Positions 1 through 14,100 of a stretch of 64,000 bases of DNA are shown here, one piece after another. A model generated the notes under the pieces. That model saw only the letters and a program-made list of their open reading frames with translations, was not told the DNA's origin and did no database searches. Position numbers and translations under genes: made by a program. The DNA is from Squalus acanthias. Lineage: Eukaryota. The stretch's first letter is position 1. Each line of letters begins with the position of its first letter. The stretch lies in NCBI GenBank assembly GCA_030390025.1, contig CM059440.1:52514001-52578000 (forward strand). The letters are read 5' to 3'.

Positions 1-3000
1 AACGACATAGGTAGAAAGAGGGATGAGGTCCTGCAAGCAGAATATAGGGAGCTAGGAAATAAATTAAAAAGCAGGACCTCAAAGGTAGTAATCTCAGGAT
101 TACTCCCAGGGCCACGTGCTAGCGAGAGCAGAAATAGGAGAATAGACCAGATGAATGCATGGCTGGAGAGATGGTGTGGGAGGGAGTGATTTAAATTCCT
201 GAGGCATTGGGACCGATTCTGGGGAAGGCGGGACCTGTACAAGCTGGACGAATTACACCTCGGCAGAACTGGGACCAATATCCTCGCAGGGGGGTTTGCT
301 AGTGCTGTTGGGAATGATTTAAACTAGTTTGTCAGGGGGCTGGGAACCTAAGTGTGGGCCCAGAATGGAGAGAAACAAAGCTGGAAGTGCAAGTTAGAAA
401 AGTAGTCAGCAAAACTAGTAGGGAGCAGAAACAAAGGCCAATAGTAAAGAGGGTCAAAGTGCAGAAAAATATTAAACAGGCAAAGTTGAAGGCACTTTAT
501 CTAAATGCACGTAGCATTCGCAACAAGGTGGATGAAATTAATGACACTAATAGAAGTAAATGGATATGATGTCATTGCCATTACAGAGACATGGCTGCAG
601 GGTAACCAAAGCTGCGAACTGAATGTTCCAGGGTACTCAACATTTAGGAAGGACAGACAAAAAGGAAAAGGAGGTGGCATAGCGCTGTTAATAAGGGATG
701 AGATCGGTACGGTAGAGATAAAAGATCTTGGCTCGGCAGATCGTGATGTATAACTGGATTCAGTTTGGGTGGAGCTAAGAAACAGCAAAGGGCGGAAAAC
801 ATTGGTGGGAGTTGTGTATAGGCCACCAAACAGTAGTGGTAATGTAGGGCACAGTATCAATCCAGAAATTAGAAGTGCATGTAACAAGGGCAATACGGTA
901 ATCATGGGGGACTTTAATCTACATATGGACTGGGCAAATCAAATTACCACTAATGGTGTGGGGGGACGAATTCTTGGAATGCATGCGAGATGGTTTCCTG
1001 GATCAGTATGTAGAGGAACCAACCAGGGAACAGGCTATTCTGGATCTGGTACTGTGTAATGAGAAAGGGCTAATCAATAATCTTGTGGTAAAGGGGCCTT
1101 TAGGGACAAGTGACCATAATATGATTGAATTTTACATTAATTTTGAGAGTGATGTAGTCCAATCTGAAACTAAGGTCGTCAATCTAAACAGAGGAAACTA
1201 CAAGGGTATGAGGGACAAGTTGGCCATGGTAGATTGGGAGACTACACTAAAAGGTATGAAGGTGGACATACAATGGCTAACATTCAAGGAAATAATGCAT
1301 AATTTGCAACAAACATATATTCCTCTCAGGCATAAAAACCCAAAAGGAAAAGTGATCCAACCATGGCTAACAAAAGAAATTAAAGCTAGTATTAAGTCAA
1401 AGGAGGAAGCTTATAAAGTTGCCAGAAAAAGCAGTCAGCCTGAGGATTGGGATCTTTTTAGAAATCAGCAAAGGGGGACCAAGAAATTGATAAAGAAAGG
1501 GAAAATGGATTATGAGCACAAACTAGCGAAAAAACAGATTGTAAAAGCTTCTATAGGTATGTGAAAAGGAAAAGACTGGCGAAGGTAAATGTAGGTCCTT
1601 TACAGTCAGAGACGGGAGAATTTATAATGGGGAATGAGGAAATGGCTGAGAAATTAAATAAATACTTTGTTTCTGTCTTCACGGAGGAAGACACAAAAAA
1701 TCTCCCAGAAATACGAGAAAACCAAGGGTGTGGCGAGAATGAGGAACATAAAGAAATTGTTATTAGTAAAAAAACAGTACTAGCAAAATTAATGGGACTA
1801 AAAGTTGATAAATCCCAAGGACCGGATGACCTACATCCTAGGGCTCTGAAAGAGGTCGCCATTGGGATAGTGGACACATTGGTTGTCGTCTTCCAAAATT
1901 CTATAGATTCTGGAACGGTTCCTGCAGATTGGAGGATAGCAAATGTAACCCCGCTATTTAAGAAAGGAGGGAGAGAGAAAACGGGGAATTACAGACCTGT
2001 TAGCCTCACATCAGTAGTTGAGAAAATGCTGGAATCTATTATAAAGGATGCAATAACTGGGCACTTAGAAACTAATTAGGCAGAGTCAACATGGATTTAT
2101 GAAAGGGAAATCCTGTTTAACAAACCTATTGGAGTTCTTTGAGGATGTAACTAGTGGAGTAGACAAAGGGGAACCGGTAGATGTGGTGTATTTGGATTTT
2201 CAGAAGGCCTTCGATAAACTCTCACACAAGGGGTTGGTGAACAAAATTAGGGCACATGGAATTGGGGGTAATATATGAGCATGGATTGAGAATTGGTTAA
2301 CAGACAGAAAACAAAGAGTAGGGATAACCGGGTCTTTTTCAGGATGGCAGGCAGTGACTAGTGGGGTACCGCAAGGATCGGTGCTTGGGCCCCAGCTCTT
2401 CACAATCTATATCAATGATTTGGATGAGGGGACTAAATGTCACATTTCCAAATTTGCTGATGATACAAAGCTAGGTGGCAGTGTCAGTTGTGAAGAGGAT
2501 GTGAAGAGGCTTCAAGGGGATCTCGACAGGCTCAGTGAGTGGGTGAGAATATGGCAGATGGAATATAATGTGGATAAATGTGAAGTTATCCACTTTGGTA
2601 GAAAAAACAGAAAGGCAGAGTATTTCCTAAATGGTGAAAGATTGGGGAATGCAGATGCTCAAAAGGGACCTGTGTGTCCTTATACGTGAGTCACTGAAAG
2701 TGACTGTGCAGGTGCAGCAATCCATTAGGAAGACAAATGGTATGCTGGTCTTCATTACAAGAGGATTTGAGTACAGGAGTAAAGAAGTCTTACTCCAATT
2801 ATATAGGGCCTTGCTGAGACCACACCTGGAGTACTGTGTACAATTTTGGTCTCCTTACCTAAGGAAGGATATACTTGCCATAGAGGGAGTGCAACAAAGG
2901 TTCACGAGATTGATTCCTGGGATGGCGGGACTGTCGCATGAGAAGAGATTGAGTAAATTAGGCCTGTATTCTCTTGAATTCAGAAGAATGAGAGGGGATC

Positions 3001-3383
3001 TCATTGACGCATACAAAATTATTACAGGGCTTGATAGGTTGGATGCTGGGAGAATGTTTCCCTTGGCTGGGCAGTCTAGAACCAGGAGCCACAGCCTTAG
3101 GATAAAGGGTAGGCCATTCAGGACTGAGATGAGAAGACATTTCTTCACACAGAGGGTGGTGAATCTTTGGAATTCTCTACCCCAGAGGGCTGTGGAGGCT
3201 TAGTCATTGGGTATATTCAAAACAGAAGTCGATAAATTTCTGACTAGTAAGGGCATCAAGGGATATGGCGATAGGGCTGGTGAATGGAGTTGAGGCAGAA
3301 GATCAGCCATGATCTCATTGAATGGCGGAGCAGGCTCGAAGGGCCGAATGGCCGACTCCTACTCCTATTTCTTATGTTCTTAT
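1..3383 (+). mobile_element. CR1-clade LINE (end of ORF1 esterase, fragmented APE-RT ORF2, 3' UTR); truncated by window edge
   Basis: ORF pieces with [63 protein letters not shown]; several frameshifts; (CTTATGTT)-type tail near 3370-3383. Confidence 0.95.
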
Positions 3384-3384
3384 G

Positions 3385-4325
3385 GTTGGGCCTAGGACAC
3401 TGCCCTGAGGAACTCCTGCAGCGATGTCCTGGGGCTGTGATGATTGACCTTCAATCACCACAGCCATCTTCCTTTGTGCTAGGTATGACTCCAGCCAGTG
3501 GAGAGTTTTCCCCCTCGATTCCCATTGACTTCAATTTTACTAGGGCTCCTTCATGCCACACTCAGTCAAATGCTGCCTTGATGTCAAGGGCAGTCACTCT
3601 CACCTCACCTCTGGAATTCAGCTCCTTTGTCCATGTTTGGACCAAGGCTGTAATGAGGTCGGGAGCAGAGTGGTCTTGGCGGAACCCAAACTGGGCATCA
3701 GTGAGCAGGTTATTGGTGAATAAGTGCCGCTTGATAGCAATGTCGATGACACCTTCCATCACTTTGCTGATGATTGAGAGTAGACTGATGGGGCGGTAAT
3801 TGGCCGGATTGGATTTGTCCTGCTTTTTGTGGGCAGGACATACCTGGGCAGTTTTCCACATTGTCGAATAGATGCCAGTGTTGTAGCTGTACTGCAACAG
3901 CTTGGCTAGAGGCACGGCTAATTCTGGAGCACAAGTCTTCAGCACGATAGCCGGGATGTTGTCGGGGCCCATAGCCTTTGCTGTATCCAGTGCGCTGAGC
4001 CATTCCTTGATATCACGTGGAGTGAATCGAATTGGCTGAAGACTGGCTTCTGTGATGGTGGGGACCTCAGGAGGAGGCCGATATGGATCATCCACTCGGC
4101 ACTTCTGGCTGAAGATGGTTGCAAACGCTTCAGCCTTGTCTTTTGCACTCACGTGCTGGGCTCCACCATCATTGAGGATGGGGATATTCATGGGTCCTCC
4201 TCCTCCCGTTAGTTGTTTAATGGTCCACCACCATTCACGACTAGATGTGGTAGGACTGTCGAGCTTTGATCTGATCCATTGATTGTGGGATTGCTTAGCC
4301 CTGTCTATAGCATGCTGCTTCCGCA
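3385..4325 (-). mobile_element. Non-LTR retrotransposon RT fragment (non-CR1 family; RTE-X/CR1-group-like, clade uncertain)
   Basis: ORF 3562-4509 with KAMGPDNIPA, NYRPISLLS, QFGFRQ, ALDIKAAFD; same family as 7250-8908. Confidence 0.85.
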
Positions 4326-5968
4326 TTGTGGTAAGAATAAAGGTGAGGCTATTAGCGCTCACTGTTATAGAGTAAATTGGACAGCAACTTCCAGCCTCCG
4401 CACATGCGCAATTAAACACAGAAATCCTGAAGTTGCTGTCTGATTTGCCCTGCTCCTCCACAAGCTTCGCTACACTGGCACCTCGCTGAGAGATTCGGCA
4501 TTCAAACAATGAATGGCGTGAAGTTGCACTACTAACCCACTAAATACACCAGAAAGTGTTAGGGCTGGTGCATTCAGGTGTAAGTGAATTTTTAACAGCA
4601 TAATAAGTCTTAATTACTGCCAAACAACCACTCTGCACCTGAAAATTTATGTTTACAAGTATGGAGTCTCATTCTTTCAGATTTTAATTATTGTTGGAGA
4701 TTTAAAAAAAAAAAAAAATTAAATTTTTTTTAAACTTTTTCTTTCTGTCTCTTTTATCTCTCTCTTAATCCCATCCTTTTTCCCCCTCTTTATTTTGCTT
4801 GCTGTGCATAATTTTACATTGAATTAAATATTCTAACTTACACTTCCTGGTTTAGACTCTGCGGGCTGGATTTTCATTGACCCATGGAGTCGGGTTTGGA
4901 GGCGTGTGGGGGGTTAAAGTTGCAGATTCGGGGGTCCCGACCCCATCCCGCCTCCATGCCAGTTTCGCTGGCGGCGGGTACCCGACCTGTGCTGGGACCC
5001 GACTCCCCGAGGCGGGAAGGGGATTAGTGACAATTAACTGCCTGTTAACAGGTAGTTAACAGGCAGTTTTTTGCCCAATCCCTATTTTGAAGGCTGAAAT
5101 GTGGGCTTCCCGACAGGTGCGAACCACGCCAAGTTAGCGAGGCGGACCGTGGGTCTGCAGGGGTTGGAGGGGTCGATATGTCCGGTGGGCAGGTGAGTGA
5201 TGGGTGCATGTGTGCAGAGGTAAGTGTGTAAGGTAAGTGTAAAGTGTGGAAAAATGTTTTACTTACCTTAACTTCCTCCTGCAGGTGTCAGCCCTTCAGT
5301 TCTCGGGAGTCAGAAATCTCACCGGCACAGAAAGCAGAAAGGCCGTGGTGCTGTCAAAAGTTTCAGCCTCTGTTTTCTGTGCTGGAATGATTTCTAACTC
5401 AGCCTGAGAGGAAGGACTCAAGTTAGAAGACAATTTGTCAGTGTTTGACAGCTTCAAGGAGCTGTCAAACGCTGATATTTCATCTGTCAAAAGCTCTTGA
5501 CAGATGAAATGTCAATCTGTGACGTCACCTGTTGCCGGGTGGCCCTTAATTGGCCTGCTGAGCTCACTGGGCGGGCTCAACAAGGTCAATCAAGGGAAAA
5601 TACAGTGGGTTGGCCACAAGTCGATGGAGGCGGGTCTACAACCCAAAAAGTGGGATTCCCGACTCCATCACGACCCCAGTATCAAAATCCAGCCCTGCGT
5701 GTCTCAGTGAGGATTCTTCAATCTGATTGGTTGAGGAGACATGTTGTTGCTTGCCCTGTTCACACACGCCCCACATCTCCTGTAGAGGGCGCCGTGCTGT
5801 TTCAGACACCCGATGACCGTAAGTTGCCACTCAAAAGCCCACGAAAAGTTTGTGGGCAGCTGCTAGTGTAATGAACGGCGAGCGCCGCTGAGAGCAAATT
5901 CCACGCCAGTGTATTTAATGCTGGATTAATTTAAGAAATACATTAAAAAAAAACAACACCCGATCTCA
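4326..5968. repeat. Copy 1 of a ~1.6-kb inverted duplication (copy 2 at ~47125-48875)
   Basis: Reverse-complement match of about 90% by eye over 4326-4862 and 5696-5968. Confidence 0.85.
4863..5695. mobile_element. Non-autonomous TIR element (PIF/Harbinger-like MITE)
   Basis: TIR GGGCTGGATTTT...AAAATCCAGCCC; 3-bp TSD TGC. Confidence 0.85.
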
Positions 5969-6380
5969 TAGAAACATAGAAGATAGGAGCAGGAGTAGGC
6001 CATTCGGCCCCTCGAGCCTGCTCCGCCATTCAATGCGATCATGGCTGATCATCCAAATTCAGTACCCTGTCCCTGCTTTCTCCCCATATCCCTTGATCCC
6101 CTTAGCCTTAAGAAATATATCTAACTGCTTCTTGAATATACTTAATGAATTGGACTCAACTGTCTTCTGTGGTAGAGAATTCCACAGGTTCACCACTCTC
6201 TGGGTGAAGAAATTCCTCCTCATCTCAGTCCTAAATGGCTTACCCCTTATCTTTAGACTGTGACCCCTGGTTCTGGACTCCCCCGCCATCGGGAACATCC
6301 TTCCTGCATCTAGTCTGTCTAGTCCTGTTAGAATTTTATAAGTTTCAATGAGATCCCCTCTCATTCTACTTAACTCTAAG
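5969..6380 (-). mobile_element. CR1 LINE 3' end (5'-truncated)
   Basis: RMRGDLIETYKI...FFTQRVVNLWNSLP plus 3' UTR; nearly identical to the 3' end of 11105-15510. Confidence 0.9.
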
Positions 6381-6789
6381 CTAGAAACAGTGGAGGCCCA
6401 AAGAGACTTAGGGGTCCATGTACATAGATCATTAAATGTCATGGACAGGTACAGAAAATAATCAAAAAGGCTAATGGAATGCTGGGCTTTATTTCTAGAG
6501 GACTAGAATACAAGGGGGGTAGAAGTTAGAAACATGGAAAAATAGTTTGGACTCCAAGGGTTAAATTACGAGGAGAGATTACACAAACTAGGGTTGTATT
6601 CACTGGTATTTAGTAGGTTAAGGGGTGATTGGATTGAAGTTTTCAAGATATTAAGGGGAACAAATAGGGTAGATAGAGAGAAACTATTTCCGCTGGTTGG
6701 GGAGTCTAGGACTAGCGGAGCATAGCCTAAGAATTAGAGCCAGGCCTTTCAGAAATGAAGTTAGGAAACACTTCTACATGCAACGGATG

Positions 6790-9274
6790 TGTATGAATCT
6801 CTTTGTGAGATCTTTGATTCCAAATGATTCGAAATTGACCCGTATTGGTGGCAGTGACTAAAACTTTATTCAGCACAAGCAAGAATCAATACAATTACTG
6901 TATCGTAAGCAGCCGTTTACAAGGTATAATTAAGAGTTATACTACCCCGTTTATGCCTTGGGTAAAAGTCACGCTAAGAGTTGTCTGCACCCCTCTGACC
7001 GTGCCCCAGGCCTGTATTCGCCTCTGAGTGTCTCCGAAAATTACTTGAATCCTCCTCTTCTCTTCTACACTTAACCCTTGCTGGGGTCCCTTTCTTATAC
7101 CATTTCTTTCAATTCAAATCTATGGCATTCCATTGGACCTATCAACCTTCCTTTATCCTCTGATAGGCCCTCTCTCTTCTCCTCTGATCTCCCACCATCC
7201 CTCCTCTTCTGTAATTTTCCACTGAAAAACACCAATTTCAAGAGATGTTATTGTTTTTTTTATTCATTTATGGGGTGTGGGCGTCGCTGGCAAGGCCAAC
7301 ATTTATTGCCCATCCCTAATTTCCCTTGAGAAGGTGGTGGTGAGCCGCCGTCTTGAACCACTGCAGTCCGTGTGGTGAAGGTACTCCCACAGTGCTGTTA
7401 GGGAGGGAATTCCAGGAATTTGACCCAGCGACGATGAAGGAACAGCCGATATATTTCCAAGTCAGGATGGTGTGTGACTTGGAGGGGAACTTGGAGGTGG
7501 TGGTGTTTCCATGCGTCTCCTGCTCTTGTTCTTCTAGGTGGAAGAGCTCGCGGGTTTGGGAGGTGCTGCTGAAGAAGCCTTGGTGAGTTGCTGCAGTGCA
7601 TCTTGTAGATGGTACACACTGCAGCCATGGTACGCCGGTGGTAGAGGGAGTGAATGTTTAAGGTGGTGGATGGGGTGCCAATCAAGCGGGCTGCTTTGTC
7701 CTGGATGGTGTCGAGCTTCTTGAGTGTTGTTGGAGCTGCACTCATCCAGGCAAGTGGAGAGTATTCCATCACACTCCTTACTTGTGCCTTGTAGATGGTG
7801 GAAAGGCTTTGGGGAGTCAGGAGGTGAGACACTCGCCGCAGAATACCCAGCCTCTGGCCTGCTCTAGTAGCCACAGTATTTATGTGGCTGGTCCAGTTAA
7901 GATTCTGGTCAATGGCGACCCCCCAGGATGTTGAGGGATTCGGCGATGGCAATGTTGTTGAATGTCAAGGGGCGGTGGTTAGACTCTCGCTTGTTGGAGA
8001 TAGTCATTGCCTGGCACTTGTGTGGTGCGAATGTTACCTGCCACTTATCAGCCCAAGCCTGAATGTCATCCAGGTCTTGCTGCATGCGGGCATGGACTGC
8101 TTCATTATCTGAGGAGTTGTGAATGGCACTGAACACTGTGCAGTAATCAGCGAACATCCCCATTTTTGACCTTATGTTGGAGGGAAGGTCATTGATGAAG
8201 CAGCTGAAGATGGTTGGGCCTAGGACACTGCCCTAAGGAACTCCTGCAGCGATGTCCTGGGGCTGTGATGATTGACCTCCAACCACCACAACCATCTTCC
8301 TTTGTGCTAGGTATGACTTCAGCCAGTGGAGAGTTTTCCCCCCCGATTCCCATTGACTTCAGTTTTACTAGGGCTCCTTGATGCCACACTCGGTCAAATG
8401 CTGCCTTGATGTCAAGGGCGGTCACTCTCACCTCACATCTGGAATTCAGCTCCTTTTTCCATGTTTGGACCAAGGTTGTAATGAGGTCGGGAGCAGAGTG
8501 GTCTTGGCGGAACCCAAACTGGGCATCAGTGAGTAGGTTATTGGTGAGTAAGTGCCGCTTGATAGCACTGTTGACAACACCTTCCATCACTTTGCCAATG
8601 ATTGAGAGTAGACTGATGGGGCGATAATTGGCCGGATTGGATTTGTCCTGCTTTTTGTGGACAGGACATACCTGGGCATTTTTCGACATTGTCGGATAGA
8701 TGCCAGTGTTGTAGCTGTACTGGAACAGCTTGGCTAGAGGCGTGGGTAGTTCTGGAGCACAAGTCTTCAACACGACAGCCGGGATGTTGTCAGGAACCAT
8801 AACCTTTGCTGTATCCAGTGCGCTCAGCCGTTTTTTGATATCACGTGGAGTGAATCGAATTGGCTGAAGACTGGCTTCTGTGTTGGTGGGGATCTCAGGA
8901 GGAGGCCTCTTCTTATCTTTCTACTGAAACTCAGTCTAGTTTCTATGGTTGATAATATCCCAGCCCCAGCTGTGTCTTATTTTTCTTAAGCTGTTACAAC
9001 TCCTACCTTTTCAAGGTCTGTGACTTCATGCCTTCTCAATGTGTTTTTTCCAGCTAGAGTTTATAATGATAAAAAAACATTTGCACTTTATTAGTCAAGC
9101 TACTCAGTATTTTTCCCATCTGCCTTGTAAGCTAACTATGATTGTCTATATATATTTGTGTGTATAAAGAAAATAAGTATTAATAAACAATTAGTAACTA
9201 CTTGCATATATATGTGTATAAAGAACATAAGTATTGATAAACAAATTAATAAGCAAATTGACTATAATCTTACA
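6790..9274 (-). mobile_element. Probable solo LTR (~820 bp) interrupted by a LINE
   Basis: Termini TGTA..GA / TC.TACA; imperfect 4-bp TSD GATG/GGTG; minus-strand AATAAA near 6865; interrupts a CR1 cleanly. Confidence 0.6.
7250..8908 (-). mobile_element. Non-LTR retrotransposon 3' half (same family as 3385-4325)
   Basis: ORFs 8189-8800, 7909-8163 (MFAD) and 7398-7952 (YKAQVRSVMEYSPLAW), followed by a 3' UTR. Confidence 0.85.
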
Positions 9275-10119
9275 GGTGGTAGAAGTTTGGAACTCTCTTC
9301 CGCAGATAACAATTGATGCTAGGTCAATTGTTAATTTTAAAACTGAGATTGATAGATTTTTGTTAACCAAAGGTATTAAGGAATATGGGCCAAAGGCGGG
9401 TATATGGAGTTAGGTCACAGATCACCCACGATCTCATTGAATGTCGGAACAGGCTCGAGGGGCTGAATGGCCTCCATCTGTTCCTATGTTTCAATGAGTA
9501 ATTAGCTTTGCCTACCCAGTGCTATTTTGGTTATTACGAATAACTCCTAATTGAACTTAACAATTGAGTTGGAGGATTTAATTGCTGCACCTTTCTCATT
9601 CACTGGCCTATTATGAGCAAGAGCATTCCCAGTTTAGTTCACAGATCAAAAACAGTAATATTGTGGGTATTTCTCCGAATCTTTTAGGAATGTACAATTT
9701 ATCTAATAACAAAACCAGTAACAGTCTCTGGACTTTTCTCTTTCAGCTCCACAGTGTGACTTTAAAACTGCACTCACACCATGAGTAAGAATATTGCAAA
9801 AATTTCTTGTCAAATTGCCACAGCTAAGTCACACAGCAGCTGACTGAAATACAACTCATGATGCAGTGCTATTAACTGATAAAATATTATCTATGATTAC
9901 AAAGGAAAATTCACACCATGTTCTTCAAACTTAATTACAGGTGAATCTGCATTCTCCTGATATTTTAAAACAATTTTAACTTGCTTGTTAAGGTAATACT
10001 ATTTTTAAAATGATGATTGAAACTAGTTTCAACATTTTTTAGAATATGAGTCATTGAATCGTTCGCATCTGTTTATCTTCTCAGCTACTGAGTAATCATG
10101 AGTCATAAAAACAAAAGAA

Positions 10120-10585
10120 TTAGGAGCATAAGTCAACCAGGCAGCCCCTCGTGCCTGCTCCATCATTCAATAAGGTCATGACTGAACTTCTACCTCAACT
10201 CCACTTTCCCACCTGATCTCCATATCCCTTGATTCCCCTAGCATCCAATAATCTCTCGATCTCTGTCTTGAATATACTCATCGACTAAGCATCCACAGCC
10301 CTCTGGGGTACAGAATTCCAAAGATTCACCACCCTCTGAGTGAAGAAATTTCTCTTTGTTTCAGTCTTAAATAGCCGACCCCTATTCCTGAGACTGTGCC
10401 CCCTGGTTCTAGACTCTCCAGCCAGGGGAAACAGCCTCCCAGCATCTACCCTGTCAAGCCCTCTAAGAGTTTTATACATTTCAATGAGATCGCCTCTCAT
10501 TCTTCAAAACTCCAGAGAATATAGGCCCAATCTACTCAATGTCGCCTCATAGGACAACCCTCTCATCCCAGGAATCAAGCTAGTC
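10120..10585 (-). mobile_element. CR1 LINE 3' end
   Basis: ORF 10285-10500 MRGDLIE...FFTQRVVNLWNS plus 3' UTR. Confidence 0.85.
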
Positions 10586-10589
10586 AGCA

Positions 10590-10900
10590 ACACACTGCTT
10601 GAGCCCTAAAACAGCAAGGCCTGTAGCGATCTGCTCCTGGGCCTGGCTAAAACTCACAGGTCCAGGATGAGCATGGCCCTGCATGCCTCTCTTCCATGGT
10701 CTTGTCCGTGCCCGGGTGACCCTGGAGAGGGAACACGCAGTGCCTGCCGGAACTGTAAGGCCTTCTGTGACCGATGGGCACCGCAGGGTGTAGAGTGTCA
10801 AATTGACACAAACAATATTTTGATTTTGAATGATAGGTTTATTTAGTTAATTAGACTTTAAATAAAAATTATATTAGTGGTGCCTCTGTAAGAGGGGGCA
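10590..10900 (+). mobile_element. Tx1/L1-group LINE 3' fragment
   Basis: Translates to LFHGLVRARVTLEREHAV..GT..AFCDRWAPQG, resembling a Tx1 ORF2 C-terminus; homologous to 48421-48620. Confidence 0.65.
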
Positions 10901-11104
10901 TTTGTGGAACCGTCTTCTGGATGGTGAGACTGGGGCAACCCAGTCTTACCTTTATTAGTTTATTTCAAAATAGGCAAGGCCTATAGGTCCCTAGTACTGT
11001 GATGTGATTTATGAAATTAAGTATTGAAATGTAATTGTGCCAAGTTTCAGCAGAACCCAGGACTTTGGACGTCAATCTTTCCAATCGCTCTCGTTGCCCT
11101 CTTA

Positions 11105-14100
11105 TAAAAACACAGAAGATAGGAGCAGGAGTAGGCCATTCGGCCCCTCGAGCCTGTTCCGCCATTTAATGAGATCATGGCTGATCATCCAAATTCAGTA
11201 CCCTGTCCCTGCTTTCTCCCCATATCCCTTGATCCCTTTAGCCTTAAGAAATATATCTAACCCCTTCTTGAATATATTTAATGAATTGGCCTCAACTGCC
11301 TTCTGTGGTAGAGAATTCCACAGGTTCACCACTCTCTGGGTGAAGAAATTCCTCCTCATATCAGTCCTAAATGGCTTACCCCTTATCCTTAGACTGTGAT
11401 CCCTGGTTCTGGACTCCCCCGCCATCGGGAACATCCTTCCTGCATCTAGTCTGTCTACTCCTGTTAGAATTTTATAAGTTTCAATGAGATCCCCTCTCAT
11501 TCTTCTAAACTCTAGCGAATATAAGCCTAATCGACCCAATCTCTCTTCATACGTCATTCCTGCCATCCCAGGTATCAGTCTGGTGAATCTTCGCTGCACT
11601 CCCTCCATGGCAAGAACATCCTTCCTCAGATAAGGTGACCAAAACTGCACACAATACTCAAGGTGTGGTCTCACCAAGGCCCTGTGCAACTGCAGCAAGA
11701 CATCCTTGCTCCTGTACTCGAATCCTCTCGCTATGAAGGCCAAAATACCATTTGCCTTCTTAACCGCCTGCTGCACCTGCATGCTTACCTTCAGCGACTG
11801 GTGCACAAGGACACCCAGGTCTCATTGCACTTCCCCTTTTCCCAATCTATTGCCGTTCAGCTAATAATCTGTCTTCCTGTTTTTGCCACCAAAGTGGATA
11901 ACCTCGCATTTATCCACATTATACTGCATCTGCCATGCATCTGCCCAATCACCCAACTTGTCCAAATCATACTGGAGTTTCTCTGCATCCTCCTCACAGC
12001 ACACACGCCCACCCAGCTTTGTGTCGTCTGCAAACTTGGAGATATTACATCTAGTTCCCTCGTCTAGATCATTAATATATATTGTGACTAGCTGGGGTCC
12101 GAGCACTGATCCCTGCGGTACCCCACTAGTCACTGCCTGCCACTCGGAAAAAGACCCGTTTATTCCAACTCTTTGCTTCCTGTCTGCCAACCAGTTCTCT
12201 ATCCAAGTCAGTACCTTACCCCCAATCCCATGTGCTTTAACTTTGCATGCTAATCTCTTATGCGGGATCTTATCGAAAGCCTTCTGAAAGTCCAAATACA
12301 CCACATCCACTGGTTCTCCCTTATCTAGTCTACCAGTTACATCCTCAAAAAATTCCAGTAGATTAGTCAAGCATGATTTACCTTTTGTAAATCCATGTTG
12401 ACTTTGTCCGATCCTGTCACTGTTTTCCAAGTGCTCTGCTATTACATCCTTTATAATGGACTCTAGCATTTTCCCCACTACCGATGTCAGGCTTACTGGT
12501 CCATAATTCCCCGTTTTCTCTCTACCACCTTTTTTAAATAGTGGGGTTACATTAGCTACCCTCCAATCCATGGGAACTGTTCCAGAGTCTATAGAATTTT
12601 GGAAGATGACCAGCAATGCATCTACTATTTCTAGGGCCACTTCCTTAAGTACCCTAGGATGTAGATTATCAGGCCCTGGGGATTTATCAGCCTTCAATCT
12701 CATCAATTTCCCTAACACCATTTCCCTACAAATACTGATTTCATTCAGTTCCTCCCTCTCATTAGACCCTATGTTCCCCGACATCTCTGGGAGGTTATTT
12801 GTATCCTCCTTTGTGAAGACAGAACCAAAGTATGTATTTAATTGGTCTGCCATTTCTTTGTTCCCCATTATAAATTCCCCTGATTCTGACTGCAAGGGAC
12901 CTACGCTTGACTTCACCAATCTTTTTCTCTTCACATATTTATAGAAGCTTTTACAGTCAGTTTTTATGTTCCCTGCAAGCTTACTCACATACTCTATTTT
13001 CCCCCTCTTAATTAATCCCTTTGTCCTCCTTTGCTGAATCCTAAACTGCTCCCAATCCTCAGGTTTGCTGCTTTTTCTGGCCAATTTATATGTCCTCCCC
13101 TTGGATCTTATGCTATCTCAAATTTCCCTTGTTAGCCACAGTTGAGTCACCTTTTTTGTTTTATTTTTATGCCAAACAGGAATGAACAAATTCTGTAGTT
13201 CACCCATGCGATCTTTAAATGTTTGTCATTGCCTATCCACCATCAACCCTTTAAGTAATGTTCCCCAATCCATCCTAGCCAACTTGCGCCTCATACCATC
13301 GTAGTTTCCTTTATTTAAATTCAGGACCCTAGTCTCTGAGTCAACGACTTCACTCTCCATCTTAATGAAGAATTCTATCATATTATGATCGCTCCTCCCC
13401 AAGGGGCCTCGCACAACAAGATTGCTAATTAATCCTTTCTCATTACATAATACCCAGTCTAAGATGGCCTGATCTCTAGTTGGTTCCTCGACATATTGGT
13501 CCAGGAAACCATCCCGTATACACTCTAGGAATTCCTCCTCCACAGTATTGTTACTAATTTGGTTAGCCCAATCTATATGTAGATTAAAGTCACCCATGAT
13601 AACTGCTGTGCCCTTATTGCACGCGTCTCTAATTTCCCATTTAATGCCATCCCCAACCTCAGCATTACTGTTTGGGGGTCTGTATACAACTCCCACTAAC
13701 ATTTTCTGCCCCATGGTATTTCTCAGCTCTACCCATACAGATTCCACATCATCAGAGCTAATATCTTTCCTTACTATTGTGTTAATCTCCTCTTTAACCA
13801 GCAATGCTACCCCACCTCCTTTTCCTTTTTGCCTGTCCTTCCTGAATATTGAATGCCCCTGGATGTTGAATTCCCAGCCTTGGTCACCCTGGAGCCATGT
13901 CTCCGTAATCCCAATTATATCATATCCGTTTACATCTATTTGCGCAGCTAATTCATCCACCTTATTACGAATGCTCCTCGCATTAAGACACAAAACCTTC
14001 AGGCTTGTTTTTTTAACACTCTTAGTCCTTTTAGAATTGTTATTTACTGTGGCCATGATTGATTTACACCCTTGATTTCTCTGCCTTCCACTTTTGCTTT

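Larger units (their letters stand above)
6381..9492 (+). mobile_element. CR1 LINE 3' fragment split by a solo LTR (6381-6789 and 9275-9492)
   Basis: RT C-terminal motifs continue across the gap (...TTCTAC..CAA | GGTGGTAGAAGTTTGGAAC...) into a CR1 3' UTR. Confidence 0.8.

Noticed and set aside
9747-9783. Possible small plus-strand exon (TTTCAG...GTAAGA)
   Set aside because: No partner exons or recognisable peptide; compatible with chance
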